DNA from: Bdellovibrionales bacterium
GTDB taxonomy: Bacteria; Bdellovibrionota; Bdellovibrionia; Bdellovibrionales; UBA1609
Assembly (NCBI GenBank): GCA_965261545.1
Contig: CBDHDF010000006.1
Coordinates: 160,001 to 224,000, forward strand
Length of the DNA stretch: 64,000 nucleotides
Direction: 5' to 3'
Shown here: positions 1 to 10,354 of the stretch, piece after piece
Position numbering within the stretch: the stretch's first letter is position 1
Layout of the letters: each line of letters opens with the position of its first letter
Program-made: the position numbers and the translations under genes
Notes under the pieces: generated by a model
Database searches by the model: none
What the model was told of the DNA's origin: nothing
The model's input: the letters and a program-made list of their open reading frames with translations, nothing else

Positions 1-345
1 TATTGCAAGAGCTGTATTCTTATTTTTGGCTCTTCAATTATACAAAGATTCAAATGAGCATAAATGAGGATGAAGACAGTGTGAATCAGTTGGTAAAAAA
101 TGACTACAAAAAACCTAACTTTAAACTGATTCTTGATTTCATAATGGATAGCATCCCCCTTTTTGTTGCGGGGCTCTATCAGAAATTTAGGAAGCAGATA
201 AAGTTGCTGATGAAGATTTCAATGGAGAAGAGGAGGCACTTCAAAAGAAGCTATGAAAGGTCTATCAAAAGGGCTGGGAGTTCTTTTAAAAGAAATAGCT
301 TAACGCAGAGGCAGAGGGGTGTGGTGGCTTAAGGAAACGGCATTG
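1..345 (+). mobile_element. Right end of an IS4-family element: transposase C-terminus (to 332) plus terminal inverted repeat 328-345
   Basis: ORF 3-332 has QELYSYFWLFNY and RxxRSYERSIKR, resembling IS4 transposase C-termini. The stop lies inside CTTAAGGAAACGGCATTG, which resembles the IS4 end CTTAACTGATCGGCATTA. Confidence 0.75.
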
Positions 346-841
346 AACCAGGCCTTGTGACCTTGGAGTCCAGTGTATTGATGGGAACCTTATTTTTCAT
401 ATATTGGGCAGGACAGGTTGTGGACAATCCCTTAGAGACCACTGAAGCCAAGCGAATTTCCTTCAGATAACGCTTCAAGGTGCTGGCACTCATTTTTTCT
501 AACTGAAGCTTTAAGTGGGGAGGACACGACTCATAATTGGGGAGCCAATCCGGTAGAGCGGCTTTTATTCGTACAGCCGAGATTTTTTCCATTTGTTCCC
601 ACAAATATTTGATGTGGGGTCGTAACTCCTCTTGAGAATAAGCCAGAGGCCTCCCTGACCGCTTGAGTGGCACAGAGCCATTATTTTGTTGAATCTCGTT
701 TAATCTCCTTATGAGTCGCTTCCTAGAGAGGTTTGTGACCAGTTCCGCATGATCTAGCAACTCCCCTTTTTTAGCCTTAGAACTTTGTTGATATAAGCCT
801 GAAATTGCAGTTAAGTAAGCATTAACAGCCGACTCCCTCAC
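346..841 (-). pseudogene. N-terminal part of an integrase-core (ISNCY/ISLbi1-like) transposase interrupted by the IS4 element
   Basis: YQQSSKAKKGELLD...SRKRLIRRL...GRPLAYS...MSASTLKRYLK...RPG pattern. GTG at 841 follows GAGGGGG, and the protein breaks at the IS4 IR before the catalytic domain. Confidence 0.7.
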
Positions 842-1188
842 TGAAGACCCCCTCGTTGATTGTTTGTTTCCAAAGATCAATCTTACTGAGAGGATCAACA
901 GAGGGGTAGCTCGGCTGATCTGTTTTAGAAGGCGTAACAACCGGTGTCTTATTGAGTGAGGGAGTCTCCTCAACGCACATTTTTGACTCAAAAAGAGAAA
1001 AGTGGGAACTCGGTGTCGGAATAATGAGCCAGCCAGGTGGAGGACCATAACCCGGGCACCACGAAGGTGTTTTAATGTGATGCGTCTTGGTGTCGTTATT
1101 TTTGACCCAATTCGGTGCTTGGTGCTATGCAGGGTTTTTCCACCTATGTCATATGCCATGCCCATGAATCTATGCTATAGTTTGCACT

Positions 1189-2103
1189 ATGAAGATGATT
1201 CGTAAAGAAACAGGGTATGTGAAAAGTTTTGACGGAACTTCCATTTACTATGAGGTGAGGGGTGAGGGAGCCCCCCTCGTCTTTATGTATGGTATTGGAT
1301 GTGTCATGAATCACTGGGCGCCTCAGATAAAATATTTTTCCCAATCCTTTCAAACCATCACCATGGACTATAGGGGACATCACAAATCAGCCCCTCCCGA
1401 AGACCCTAGTCAGCTATCCATAGCCTGCCTTGTAAAAGACCTTCAAATACTCCTCCAGCACCTAGACATCCCTAAAGCCTCTTTTTGGGGGCACAGTTTT
1501 GGTGCCCAAGTCTTAACTGCTGCCTATGAAAAACAACCTGAAGCCTTTGAAAACATAATCTTCGTCAATGGCTTCGTTAAGAATCCAATTCAAGGTATGT
1601 TTGGCAGCCAATGGCCCCATAAAATTTTTCATAGGATAAGGTCAGCCCACGAAGTCTTCCCAGACACACTTGGGTATCTGTGGAAAAAAATCATCAACCA
1701 GCGAATTTCTATATATTTGAGTTCTCTTTTAGGAGGGTTTAACCTCCAGTTGACCCATTTGAAAGATATTGAAATTTACATTCGTGGGGTGGCTTCCGTG
1801 GACCTTGAGTGCTTTCTCGCTCTCTTTGAGGATATGATGCATTATGATGGAAGCCACGTGCTGAATCAAATTGAATGCCCAGCCCTTATTATTGCCGGAG
1901 AAAAGGATAGCGTCACTCCCTTCAAGCACCAGGAAGAAATTCACCAGGGAATAGTCCATAGTGAACTTCTCATTGTTCCAGTGGGCTCCCACTGCTCGCA
2001 ACTCGATATGTCTGACCTCATTAACCTGCGTGCTGAAAAGTTTTTGGTGTCATCCGGTCAAATGTCACCTGGTCAAGATCTTAAAACCGAAGGCAAGAAG
2101 TAG
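1189..2103 (+). CDS. Alpha/beta hydrolase
   Basis: DYRGHHKS, GHSFG nucleophile elbow, AGEKDSVTP and GSH catalytic motifs. Confidence 0.9.
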   Translation: MKMIRKETGYVKSFDGTSIYYEVRGEGAPLVFMYGIGCVMNHWAPQIKYFSQSFQTITMDYRGHHKSAPPEDPSQLSIACLVKDLQILLQHLDIPKASFWGHSFGAQVLTAAYEKQPEAFENIIFVNGFVKNPIQGMFGSQWPHKIFHRIRSAHEVFPDTLGYLWKKIINQRISIYLSSLLGGFNLQLTHLKDIEIYIRGVASVDLECFLALFEDMMHYDGSHVLNQIECPALIIAGEKDSVTPFKHQEEIHQGIVHSELLIVPVGSHCSQLDMSDLINLRAEKFLVSSGQMSPGQDLKTEGKK

Positions 2104-2135
2104 GTGCCTGTGGATAATGATGTGGAAAAGTAAGT

Positions 2136-4048
2136 CCCGAGTTTGACAGCAGCATCTGCGTCAAACGAATGATATTAAAGGATTAACGCATATAGTTGTA
2201 TTTTGTTTATCCACACTTGTGGGCATTAAGGATTCTGGGAGGGATGGGGACGCCTGCGGCTTTAAATAAGGAGTTGGCATTGCCAGTGATATCTGTGCGG
2301 GTCCAAATGACTTGATCACGAATTTTAACAGGGATAGCCCTAACTTCCTTGAGTTCCCTCATGGCCTCTACAACAGTTAAAGGTCGCTCTTTAACATGAC
2401 CAATGCCTATGGCTGGGCTTTTTAGGTTCATCTTCTTATCTCTTAAACATTTTGTAAGGTGGGCCTCACAAAGATAAGTTAAAAAGCATAGAGTTAAATG
2501 TCCAATAATCCTCTGGTCTGTCCAATGGAAAACAGGACGTGTTTTCAAAGTCCCTTTTAACTCACCAAAAGCATCTTCAATTTTCCACAATTCTTTGTAG
2601 TTGATAATAATCTCATCTGCCGTCAAGTCTTTGACATTTGTAAGGACGGCAAAAAAACCATCAATTTTTTCATCTAATTCTATTTGTTCTGCATTTAATT
2701 CAGGTTTTTTATTTTTGTCGTCAGCCATCTTTACATATTTCTTATAACCTTTATTGGAAACAAAAGTACTAGACTGAACACCTTTAGAAGATAGTTTTCC
2801 TTCGATCTTTTCAAGAAGGGATTCTCTAGATTTTTTATCTCTCTCTGCTCTTTTCCTAGACCAAGTCACAATACATCTATGCCCCCCATGGTCTGTTTCG
2901 TAAACAGCAAGCTCATTCTCATATACCCAGCTAAAACGATTTAAATCATAGACCTCTTGTTTCTTTTCTTTTTTTAAAGATCCAAGCTTCATACCAACAA
3001 TAAACTCGCTTTGATCCTCACTGAGTTTGTCAGTATTAGCCTTTGATAAAAGCCCCCTATCAGCCACAAAAATGAAACGGCGTACATTAAACTTTTTTCT
3101 CATTTTATCAACAATATCTGAAAGCGTCTTGCCTTCAAAAGTATTACCAGGGAAAACCTCAAAACCTAAAGGGATGCCATCCCGATTCACCAACAAACCA
3201 AAGACAACTTGGGTGCAGTCTGATCGTCTCTCTTTACTATAGCCAAATTGACGAAGTTTCCCTAAGTCTGTTCTTGTACTCTCGAAGCGTAAGGTTGTTA
3301 AATCATACAACACAATGTCTACTTGGAAATTAAATAAATCTCGCCCCACCCAATAAAGCGAGTTCTCTATTTCATCCTTATGGGAGGCAAGTAAGTCCAT
3401 AGACCGATAAATATGCTGGAGACTCAAATCACCCTTAATCATGTCTGGGTAAAAAGATTTTTGCCAATACTCAAAAACCTTTAACTTGGAACTAGGAGCA
3501 ATAAATCGGGTGGCAACTAAGGTAAAAATCACCTTACATAAATCAAATTGAACTTTCTCATGAGAATCTTTTATGTCTTTGAGGGTCTTATTGATACCCA
3601 GTTGATCAAACAACTTTTGTAAAATCAGCAAGGGACCCAAAATGAAAGTCTCTTCGATGTAAAGCTCCTTAGCCAATTGACTCACAGTGAGAAGCTCTCG
3701 GTGGCGGGATACGGCCTGCGCCAAACTATTAATCTTATCCTCTCCTCCTTCTCCAGCCTTACCTAAGGACATGAGCATGCGTTTTTTGGATTTGCCTTTT
3801 TCTCTGTAGGACTCCACAAGGTGGTAGTAGCACTGACCTTTTGAGTTTTTAGTCGTTTGGATGTACATGAGGATATTTTCTACATATTTCTATGATATAT
3901 CAATATTTAAAACGATAAAATCCTATTTTGTTTTCTACACTTTTTTTGCGTCAATTTTAATTTTTCCAGCAGCTACCATTATATTTCAGTACAACCCCAA
4001 TTTCTGGAAATTTCGCATTTTAACGCAGATGCTGCTGTCAAACTCGGG
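2136..4048 (-). mobile_element. IS1634-family element copy 1 (1913 bp), 37-bp target duplication 2099-2135 / 4049-4085
   Basis: Terminal IR CCCGAGTTTGACAGCAGCATCTGCGT at both ends; flanking repeat AGTAGGTGCCTGTGGATAATGATGTGGAAAAGTAAGT. Confidence 0.95.
2207..3868 (-). CDS. IS1634-family DDE transposase (553 aa)
   Basis: YDLTTLRFE, FGYSKERRSD, FPGNTFE, VADRG and WKIEDAF motifs. Confidence 0.93.
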   Translation of the reverse strand: MYIQTTKNSKGQCYYHLVESYREKGKSKKRMLMSLGKAGEGGEDKINSLAQAVSRHRELLTVSQLAKELYIEETFILGPLLILQKLFDQLGINKTLKDIKDSHEKVQFDLCKVIFTLVATRFIAPSSKLKVFEYWQKSFYPDMIKGDLSLQHIYRSMDLLASHKDEIENSLYWVGRDLFNFQVDIVLYDLTTLRFESTRTDLGKLRQFGYSKERRSDCTQVVFGLLVNRDGIPLGFEVFPGNTFEGKTLSDIVDKMRKKFNVRRFIFVADRGLLSKANTDKLSEDQSEFIVGMKLGSLKKEKKQEVYDLNRFSWVYENELAVYETDHGGHRCIVTWSRKRAERDKKSRESLLEKIEGKLSSKGVQSSTFVSNKGYKKYVKMADDKNKKPELNAEQIELDEKIDGFFAVLTNVKDLTADEIIINYKELWKIEDAFGELKGTLKTRPVFHWTDQRIIGHLTLCFLTYLCEAHLTKCLRDKKMNLKSPAIGIGHVKERPLTVVEAMRELKEVRAIPVKIRDQVIWTRTDITGNANSLFKAAGVPIPPRILNAHKCG

Positions 4049-4058
4049 AGTAGGTGCC

Positions 4059-4098
4059 TGTGGATAATGATGTGGAAAAGTAAGTTATTTGTGGATAA
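4059..4098 (-). promoter_or_regulatory. DnaA-box cluster (two perfect TTATCCACA, one with 1 mismatch)
   Basis: TGTGGATAA at 4059-4067 and 4090-4098, TGTGGAAAA at 4071-4079, all in the same orientation. Confidence 0.5.
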
Positions 4099-4109
4099 GT
4101 CGTGAAAAA

Positions 4110-4190
4110 TGTAACATTTCTTTATGCTAAGTGTAAACATTTCTTTATGTTAAATGTAAGTATTTCTTTATGTTAAATGTAAGTATTTTT
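4110..4190. repeat. AT-rich ~23-bp tandem repeat, about 3.5 copies
   Basis: Unit TGTAAGTATTTCTTTATGTTAAA repeated with minor variation. Confidence 0.85.
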
Positions 4191-4193
4191 TTA

Positions 4194-4970
4194 TTAAGAG
4201 CCTCTCTTTTTAAAAGATGACAACAAGTACTCTCGGTTTAAGATGGCAATGTTCTCTAAGCTGATCTCCTTGGGGCAAGCGGCAGAGCAGGCTCCCGTGT
4301 TGGTACAAGCCCCGAATCCCTCATTGTCCATTTGAGCGACCATACTTGTGACCCTTTGAATCCGTTCAGGCTCTCCCTGGGGGAGTAAAGACAAGTGAGC
4401 CACCTTGGCTGACACAAAAAGATTGGCCGAGGCATTCTTGCATGCCGCCACACAAGCTCCACAGCCAATGCATTCGGCAGCTTCAAAAGCTTGATCTGAT
4501 TTTTCTTTGCCTACGGGCAAGTTGTTTGCATCTTGGGCATTGCCTGTATTCACAGAGACAAAGCCACCGGCTTGGATGATTCGATCTAGAGAAGAGCGGT
4601 CGACAACCAAATCTTTAATCACGGGAAAAGCCTTTGCCCTGAAGGGTTCAATATAAATTGTATCACCATTGCTAAAGCTTCTCATGTGAAGTTGACAAGA
4701 TGTCGTCGCTTTTTGGGGACCATGGGCATTTCCATTGATGACCAAAGAGCAGGTTCCACAAATTCCCTCTCGACAATCGTGGTCAAACTCCACAGGTGTC
4801 TTTCCTTCCTTCACAAGATCTTCATTCATTACATCCATCATCTCTAGAAAGGACATATTGATAGAGACCTCCTTGGCTTCGTAGTCCATAAAAGAACCGC
4901 TTTTACTGGGGCCTTCTTGTCGCCAGACTTTAAGTTTTAAATTTAATTTTGTATCCGATGAACCGGCCAT
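4194..4970 (-). CDS. sdhB: Succinate dehydrogenase/fumarate reductase iron-sulfur subunit
   Basis: [20 protein letters not shown] and [12 protein letters not shown]e-S motifs; operon context. Confidence 0.95.
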   Translation of the reverse strand: MAGSSDTKLNLKLKVWRQEGPSKSGSFMDYEAKEVSINMSFLEMMDVMNEDLVKEGKTPVEFDHDCREGICGTCSLVINGNAHGPQKATTSCQLHMRSFSNGDTIYIEPFRAKAFPVIKDLVVDRSSLDRIIQAGGFVSVNTGNAQDANNLPVGKEKSDQAFEAAECIGCGACVAACKNASANLFVSAKVAHLSLLPQGEPERIQRVTSMVAQMDNEGFGACTNTGACSAACPKEISLENIAILNREYLLSSFKKRGS

Positions 4971-5032
4971 ATTCCATATCCTTTAGGTCTTAATAGTTAT
5001 TTATAACTCTTGTTATTTATGGTTTCACATTG

Positions 5033-6946
5033 TTACTTATAGCTCCGTGTTGCTAATTTTACATAATCAAATTTCAAAGACTCTTTGTGAAGCTTCCATG
5101 TATCTTCTTTCTTTTCCCAGGTAGAGACATGACAAAAGCGATCATCATTTCTAAGAGCTTCATTCTCAGGGGTTTGATGTTCTTCTCTAAAGTGTCCTCC
5201 ACAGGATTCCTCGCGAACCAAAGCATCACGGGCCATCAACTCCCCAAGTTCTAGAAAATCAGACACACGCCCCACCTTCTCTAGCTCAGCATTCATATTG
5301 TTTTTATCTCCAGGAATTTTCACACTTTGCCAAAATTCCTCACGCAATTTGGGAATTTCAGTCAAAGCCTTTTCCAAACTCTCCTTACTCCGAGACATTC
5401 CCACGTTTTCCCACATGGTATGTCCTAGTTTTCGGTGAATATCATCCACAGGCAAGGAACCATTGATTTTAAAGAAACTATCAATGCGCTTTTGGCAAGC
5501 CGCGGCACTCTCTTTGAAAGCGGAGTGATGGATATCCACAGCCTCCAGCTTATGGGAGGCGATAAAGTGCCCCAAGGTGTAGGGAATGACAAAGTATCCA
5601 TCGGCAAGGCCCTGCATAAGAGCAGAAGCTCCTAGGCGGTTGGCACCATGGTCGGAGAAATTGGCCTCACCAAGAATATGAAGGCCAGGAATGGTGCTTT
5701 GGAGATTGTAGTCCACCCACAGCCCCCCCATGGTATAGTGCACCGCAGGAAAGATTCTCATGGGTGTTTTATAGGGGTTTTCCCCTGTGATTTTTTCGTA
5801 CATCTGAAACAAATTGCCATAGCGGTCTCCGATGGCGGCCTCTCCCAAGCGGCCAATGGCACTTTGAAAATCCAAATAAACAGCCACACCAGTGGGGCCA
5901 ACCCCACGCCCCTCATCCACTCTGAATTTAGCCTGTCGTGAAGCCACATCACGAGGGACGAGGTTTCCAAAACTTGGATAAATTCTCTCTAGGTAGTAAT
6001 CCCGATCGCCTTCGGATATTTCACTGGGGGCACGGCTGTCTCCCTTGTTCTTGGGGACCCAAACCCTGCCATCATTTCTCAAAGACTCAGACATTAAAGT
6101 TAGTTTGGATTGATAACCTCCTGAAACGGGAATACAGGTGGGGTGAATTTGAGTAAAACATGGGTTGGCAAAAAAAGCTCCCTTGCGGTGGCAACGCCAA
6201 GCCGCAGTGACATTGGAGTTCATTGCATTGGTGGAAAGATAAAATACATTTCCATAGCCACCTGTGGCCAAAATAACAGCTTCAGCGGTATGAGACTCAA
6301 TCTCTCCCGTTTGAAGATTGCGGGTGGTGATGCCCCTTGCTTTTCCGTCGATGATGACGAGGTCTAGCATTTCCTGGCGAACATAGAGCTGCACTTGTTT
6401 GCGCGCCACTTGCCTCATCATCGCTGAGTAGGCACCTAAAAGAAGTTGCTGCCCCGTTTGTCCGCGGGCATAAAAAGTTCGTGAAACTTGGGCGCCACCA
6501 AAAGAGCGATTGGCCAGGGTTCCAGCATATTCTCTGGCAAAGGGAACTCCCTGGGCCACACATTGGTCAATAATGTTGTTGGATATTTGTGCAAGCCTGT
6601 AAACATTGGGTTCACGAGAGCGAAAATCTCCCCCTTTGACGGTGTCATAAAAGAGTCGATAAATAGAATCACCGTCGTTGGGGTAATTCTTAGCGGCATT
6701 GATTCCCCCTTGGGCAGCGATGGAGTGCGCTCGACGAGCGGAGTCTTGGATACAAAAGCTTTTTACATTGTAGCCCAATTCCGCAAGGCTTGCAGCCGCT
6801 GAAGCTCCAGCAAGGCCCGTCCCTACCACAATGATATTAAACTTCCTTTTGTTGGCAGGGTTGACCAGCTTCATTTCCACTCGGTACTGGTCCCATTGGT
6901 TGTGAATATCACCTGAGGGACATTTTGAATCTAAAATTTCTGACAT
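5033..6946 (-). CDS. sdhA: Succinate dehydrogenase/fumarate reductase flavoprotein subunit
   Basis: [17 protein letters not shown] (FAD-His), HYTMGG and HGANRLG. Confidence 0.96.
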   Translation of the reverse strand: MSEILDSKCPSGDIHNQWDQYRVEMKLVNPANKRKFNIIVVGTGLAGASAAASLAELGYNVKSFCIQDSARRAHSIAAQGGINAAKNYPNDGDSIYRLFYDTVKGGDFRSREPNVYRLAQISNNIIDQCVAQGVPFAREYAGTLANRSFGGAQVSRTFYARGQTGQQLLLGAYSAMMRQVARKQVQLYVRQEMLDLVIIDGKARGITTRNLQTGEIESHTAEAVILATGGYGNVFYLSTNAMNSNVTAAWRCHRKGAFFANPCFTQIHPTCIPVSGGYQSKLTLMSESLRNDGRVWVPKNKGDSRAPSEISEGDRDYYLERIYPSFGNLVPRDVASRQAKFRVDEGRGVGPTGVAVYLDFQSAIGRLGEAAIGDRYGNLFQMYEKITGENPYKTPMRIFPAVHYTMGGLWVDYNLQSTIPGLHILGEANFSDHGANRLGASALMQGLADGYFVIPYTLGHFIASHKLEAVDIHHSAFKESAAACQKRIDSFFKINGSLPVDDIHRKLGHTMWENVGMSRSKESLEKALTEIPKLREEFWQSVKIPGDKNNMNAELEKVGRVSDFLELGELMARDALVREESCGGHFREEHQTPENEALRNDDRFCHVSTWEKKEDTWKLHKESLKFDYVKLATRSYK

Positions 6947-7017
6947 GCAATCATCTCCCCAATTCTCTCCATCCTAACTATTCTTTCTGCTCTCTCTCTA
7001 TTCTAAACTAAACTAAA

Positions 7018-7716
7018 CTATTCTAAAATACTTAAATGGATGGGTTCACTCCAAAGAAAAAAGATGTAAACAGGTGTGGAAATAAAGCCCAAACAAACAA
7101 CAATGGCGTAAACATGCCCTACTTTTTCAATGAGGGGAGTGTATTTAGGGTGATGGAGACCCAAAGTCTGAAGTGTCGAACTTACCCCATGGCCCAAGTG
7201 CATCCCCAAAATGAGGAGACAAAAAATATACCAAAGCACATAAAGTGGATTTTTAAAGACCTCCACCATGAGACGAAAAAGGTCCCTGATAGGACCCGAT
7301 CCATAGTTGACCACATGGTGCTCACCAAATTTAAAAGTGATGAGGTGGTAGACGACAAAAACTAAGATAATAATCCCTTGGTGCCACATGGTTTTTGTGA
7401 TGAAACTTGTCCCCTTATCTCCACTGGAACTGACTTGATACTTATGGGGGCGAGCCTCTGAGTTCTTTTTGGTAAGGATCAGGGCTAAAACAAGATGAAT
7501 GAGGAAAATTCCTAAAAGCCCCATCTCAATGAAGTAGATGAACTTGCTGTTGACCAGTGCATGGCCATATTCGTTGTAGGCTTGGGGGCTTACAAAAACA
7601 AGGAGGTTGCCCATCATGTGGCCAAGCACAAAAAGGCTTAGACCCAAGCCCATGAGACCCACAATTTGCTTACGGCCAACAGTTGTGAATGGATAACAAT
7701 ATTGACAAGTCGACAT
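7018..7716 (-). CDS. sdhC: Succinate dehydrogenase cytochrome b558 subunit
   Basis: Multiple TM helices with heme His (GHMMGNL, IHL, YHL, HLGHG); first gene of the operon. Confidence 0.9.
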   Translation of the reverse strand: MSTCQYCYPFTTVGRKQIVGLMGLGLSLFVLGHMMGNLLVFVSPQAYNEYGHALVNSKFIYFIEMGLLGIFLIHLVLALILTKKNSEARPHKYQVSSSGDKGTSFITKTMWHQGIIILVFVVYHLITFKFGEHHVVNYGSGPIRDLFRLMVEVFKNPLYVLWYIFCLLILGMHLGHGVSSTLQTLGLHHPKYTPLIEKVGHVYAIVVCLGFISTPVYIFFLWSEPIHLSILE

Positions 7717-7988
7717 CTCTTTCGTCCCTCTCCGTCCTAACTTTTGTCCTTAGATTTTCTTTTTTCTTTCATCTTTATCTTTACTTTAAAATATACCTTG
7801 AAAACAAAAGGGTTTCACCCAAAACATGATGGAAAAGATTCTTCTGAAATCAAAAGTCTCGACACCTTTATGGAGGCCATTAGCAAAGATTATGCGTTGC
7901 TCCGTAGAGCTTATTTGACGAAGAATTCATTTATCGCTATGAGGGAATTGTTACGAGGGAACGGTTATGGAAATAAGGAGTTGCACCC

Positions 7989-8843
7989 ATGAAGATTTTT
8001 GTTTGCATCAAGCAAGTGCCTGACACAGAAACCAAAATTAAACTGAAAAGCGATGGCTCTCATATTGACGATATAGGGGTGAAGTGGATCATCAATCCCT
8101 ATGATGAATTTGCAGTGGAAGAGGCTTTAAGACTCAAGGAAGCGACCCAGGGGGACAGTCGAGTGATTCTTGTGAGTTTGGGGCCTAAGGATCGCATCAT
8201 GGAGGCCCTTCGCACGGGGCTAGCCATGGGGGGAGATGAGGCCCTTTTGGTAGATACCTCAAAAAGAGTAGATACTTCAACTTCAGAAAAAATAGATACT
8301 TCAGAAAGAATAGATGCTCATTCCACGGCCAAGGCTTTGGCCCAAGTCATTGTAGGGGAGGGGGGGGCCGATATCATTTTCGCTGGCAAACTCTCCATTG
8401 ATGACAATACCTCCAGCGTGAGCCAAATGCTCGCAGAGCACCTCAACATGCCTCACACCACGGTGGTTTCAAAGTTTTCTCAAGGTGATAACACAACAGG
8501 TAACATAGAAGGCACAGCAGAGAACATATTTAACCTTGAAAGGGAGATTGAAGGTGGGGCGAGGGAAGTTGTACAACTCACAGGGCCTTCTGTGATCGGA
8601 GTTAACAAAGGTCTCAATACGCCGAGATATGCAAGCCTACCTGGGATTATGAAGGCGAAGAAAAAACCTGTGAAAACCATAAATATTGAAGACTTGAATC
8701 TTTCAGATGGGGACAAAAAGATATCTTTCAGTGATTTTGAATTCCCACCCAAAAAGCCCTCTATCAAAATGGTGGAAGGCGATGTGTCCCAACAGTGCAC
8801 ACAGTTGGTTCGACTTCTTCGGGAAGAGGCAAAGGTTCTATAA
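7989..8843 (+). CDS. etfB: Electron transfer flavoprotein beta subunit
   Basis: CIKQVPD, NPYDEFAVEEAL, PRYASLPGIMKAKKK. Confidence 0.95.
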   Translation: MKIFVCIKQVPDTETKIKLKSDGSHIDDIGVKWIINPYDEFAVEEALRLKEATQGDSRVILVSLGPKDRIMEALRTGLAMGGDEALLVDTSKRVDTSTSEKIDTSERIDAHSTAKALAQVIVGEGGADIIFAGKLSIDDNTSSVSQMLAEHLNMPHTTVVSKFSQGDNTTGNIEGTAENIFNLEREIEGGAREVVQLTGPSVIGVNKGLNTPRYASLPGIMKAKKKPVKTINIEDLNLSDGDKKISFSDFEFPPKKPSIKMVEGDVSQQCTQLVRLLREEAKVL

Positions 8844-9805
8844 TGACAAAAATTCTAGTGTTTTGTGAAACGAAGGAAAGCAAAATTAAAACAGGCTCTT
8901 TGGAGTTGCTTTCAATAGCTAAAAATTCTGGGGCTCAGGTAATTGCGGTTTTTTTGGGGAGTGAGGCTTCCAAAACCGCTCCTATGGCCGCCTTCTATGG
9001 GGCTTCTCAAATTCACATTTGCAATGAAGCCGATTTAGACAACTACAATCCTGAGCTTTTCACAGCCACTCTATCCCCTTTATTCCAAGAGATAGCACCT
9101 CAGATCATTTTGGCTTCATCCACTGTCTTGGCAAGAGATTTATTTCCTCGTCTTGGGGCGCGGCTTGACACGGGGGTGATCAGTGATGTGACAGACCTGC
9201 AAATTGAAGGAAACTCTGTGTCTGTCCGAAGGCCCATGTACGCAGGCAAGTGCTCAGCCTCTGTCCACTTTTTAAATAGCCACATAAAGATGATATTGAT
9301 GAGACCCAATCAACTTCCCATCAATGAACCAGACACCTCGTCCACAGCCGAAATGACAGACTTTTCCATGGCTCAAGTGGATTCCAAGACCCATATTAAA
9401 GAAGTGGTCAAGGGAACCTCTGAAAAGGTGGACTTGACGGAAGCCAACGTTATCATTTCAGGGGGGCGTGGCATGAAGGGGCCTGAAAACTTTAAGTTAC
9501 TCGATGAGCTTGCTGAAGTTATCAATGGCACCGTAGGAGCGTCTCGAGCGGTCTGTGATGCAGGTTGGGTGCCCCATAGTATGCAAGTGGGACAAACGGG
9601 GAAAACTGTCGCCCCAAGTCTGTATATTGCTTGTGGCATCTCTGGAGCTATTCAGCACTTAGCTGGAATGAGTGGAAGCAAAGTTATTGTTGCCATTAAC
9701 AAAGACCCCGAGGCCCCCATTTTTCAAAAAGCCACATACGGTATTGTGGGTGATGTCTTTGAAGTTCTTCCCACGCTTACCAAGGAATTCAAGGCTTTGT
9801 TATAG
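8843..9805 (+). CDS. etfA: Electron transfer flavoprotein alpha subunit
   Basis: [39 protein letters not shown] overlaps the etfB stop (TAATG). Confidence 0.95.
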   Translation: MTKILVFCETKESKIKTGSLELLSIAKNSGAQVIAVFLGSEASKTAPMAAFYGASQIHICNEADLDNYNPELFTATLSPLFQEIAPQIILASSTVLARDLFPRLGARLDTGVISDVTDLQIEGNSVSVRRPMYAGKCSASVHFLNSHIKMILMRPNQLPINEPDTSSTAEMTDFSMAQVDSKTHIKEVVKGTSEKVDLTEANVIISGGRGMKGPENFKLLDELAEVINGTVGASRAVCDAGWVPHSMQVGQTGKTVAPSLYIACGISGAIQHLAGMSGSKVIVAINKDPEAPIFQKATYGIVGDVFEVLPTLTKEFKALL

Positions 9806-9961
9806 GAGTGCAAGGTTCTTTTTTATGATGCTCTACATTTTTATATTTTTATCGTGCGCTTCTTGTGCCAAGGAGCTAAGGAGTTTAGCCCCTTCGTCGT
9901 TATCTAAGTTGTTTACCTTTGTCACCAATATTATCTTCCTTTTCCTTTAAGGGGTGGTCTC

Positions 9962-10156
9962 TTAGAGGTGGTCGATGGGTATGTCTCTGGCCATTACAGT
10001 TTTACGACCCTCGGCTTTTGCTTTTTCAATTCCCAGCTCACAAAGTCTTTCAACCGCTCGGCTTAAAGTTTCTACAGTTTCGCCTGAAGTATTGCAGTCT
10101 CCAGAGTCTTTGATATATTTTTTTACTTTACTTGTCACAATAAGCACTTCTGCCAT
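9962..10156 (-). CDS. Bacterial histone (Bd0055/HBb-type singlet histone fold, 64 aa)
   Basis: MAEVLIVTSKVKKYIK...AKAEGRKTVMARDI...DHL closely matches the Bdellovibrio bacteriovorus histone Bd0055 as recalled. Has the RKTV...D histone clamp and a GGAGG RBS. Confidence 0.92.
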   Translation of the reverse strand: MAEVLIVTSKVKKYIKDSGDCNTSGETVETLSRAVERLCELGIEKAKAEGRKTVMARDIPIDHL

Positions 10157-10232
10157 TTTTTTTCCTCCATGTCCTCTTTTTATGTTTATAACTCATTTTC
10201 ATGACTCGTTTCCATGATTTTTCCTCATAGTT

Positions 10233-10259
10233 CTTGAACAGGTCGATGACCTGTTCAAG
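10233..10259. promoter_or_regulatory. Perfect 12-bp inverted repeat upstream of the histone gene
   Basis: CTTGAACAGGTC-GAT-GACCTGTTCAAG. Confidence 0.45.
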
Positions 10260-10354
10260 TATTTTCGAGCAACACAAAGCCATTAGCAACGATTTTTACT
10301 AAAGCAAAAGCAATTTTATAAATACAAGCACAAATTTAACGCATCGAGCATAAT

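Noticed and set aside
842..1165. N-terminal 108 aa of the 329-1165 ORF
   Set aside because: It crosses the IS end motifs; the RBS and similarity point to GTG 841.
3861..4067. 65-72-aa ORF divergent from each IS1634 transposase
   Set aside because: It runs through the IR and its C-terminus changes with the flank, so recurrence only reflects IS copies.
4110..4190. Possible CRISPR array
   Set aside because: The repeats are contiguous with no unique spacers, and no cas genes are present.
4049..4190. Chromosomal oriC
   Set aside because: Only three native boxes and no dnaA, dnaN or gidA context; kept only as a DnaA-binding candidate.
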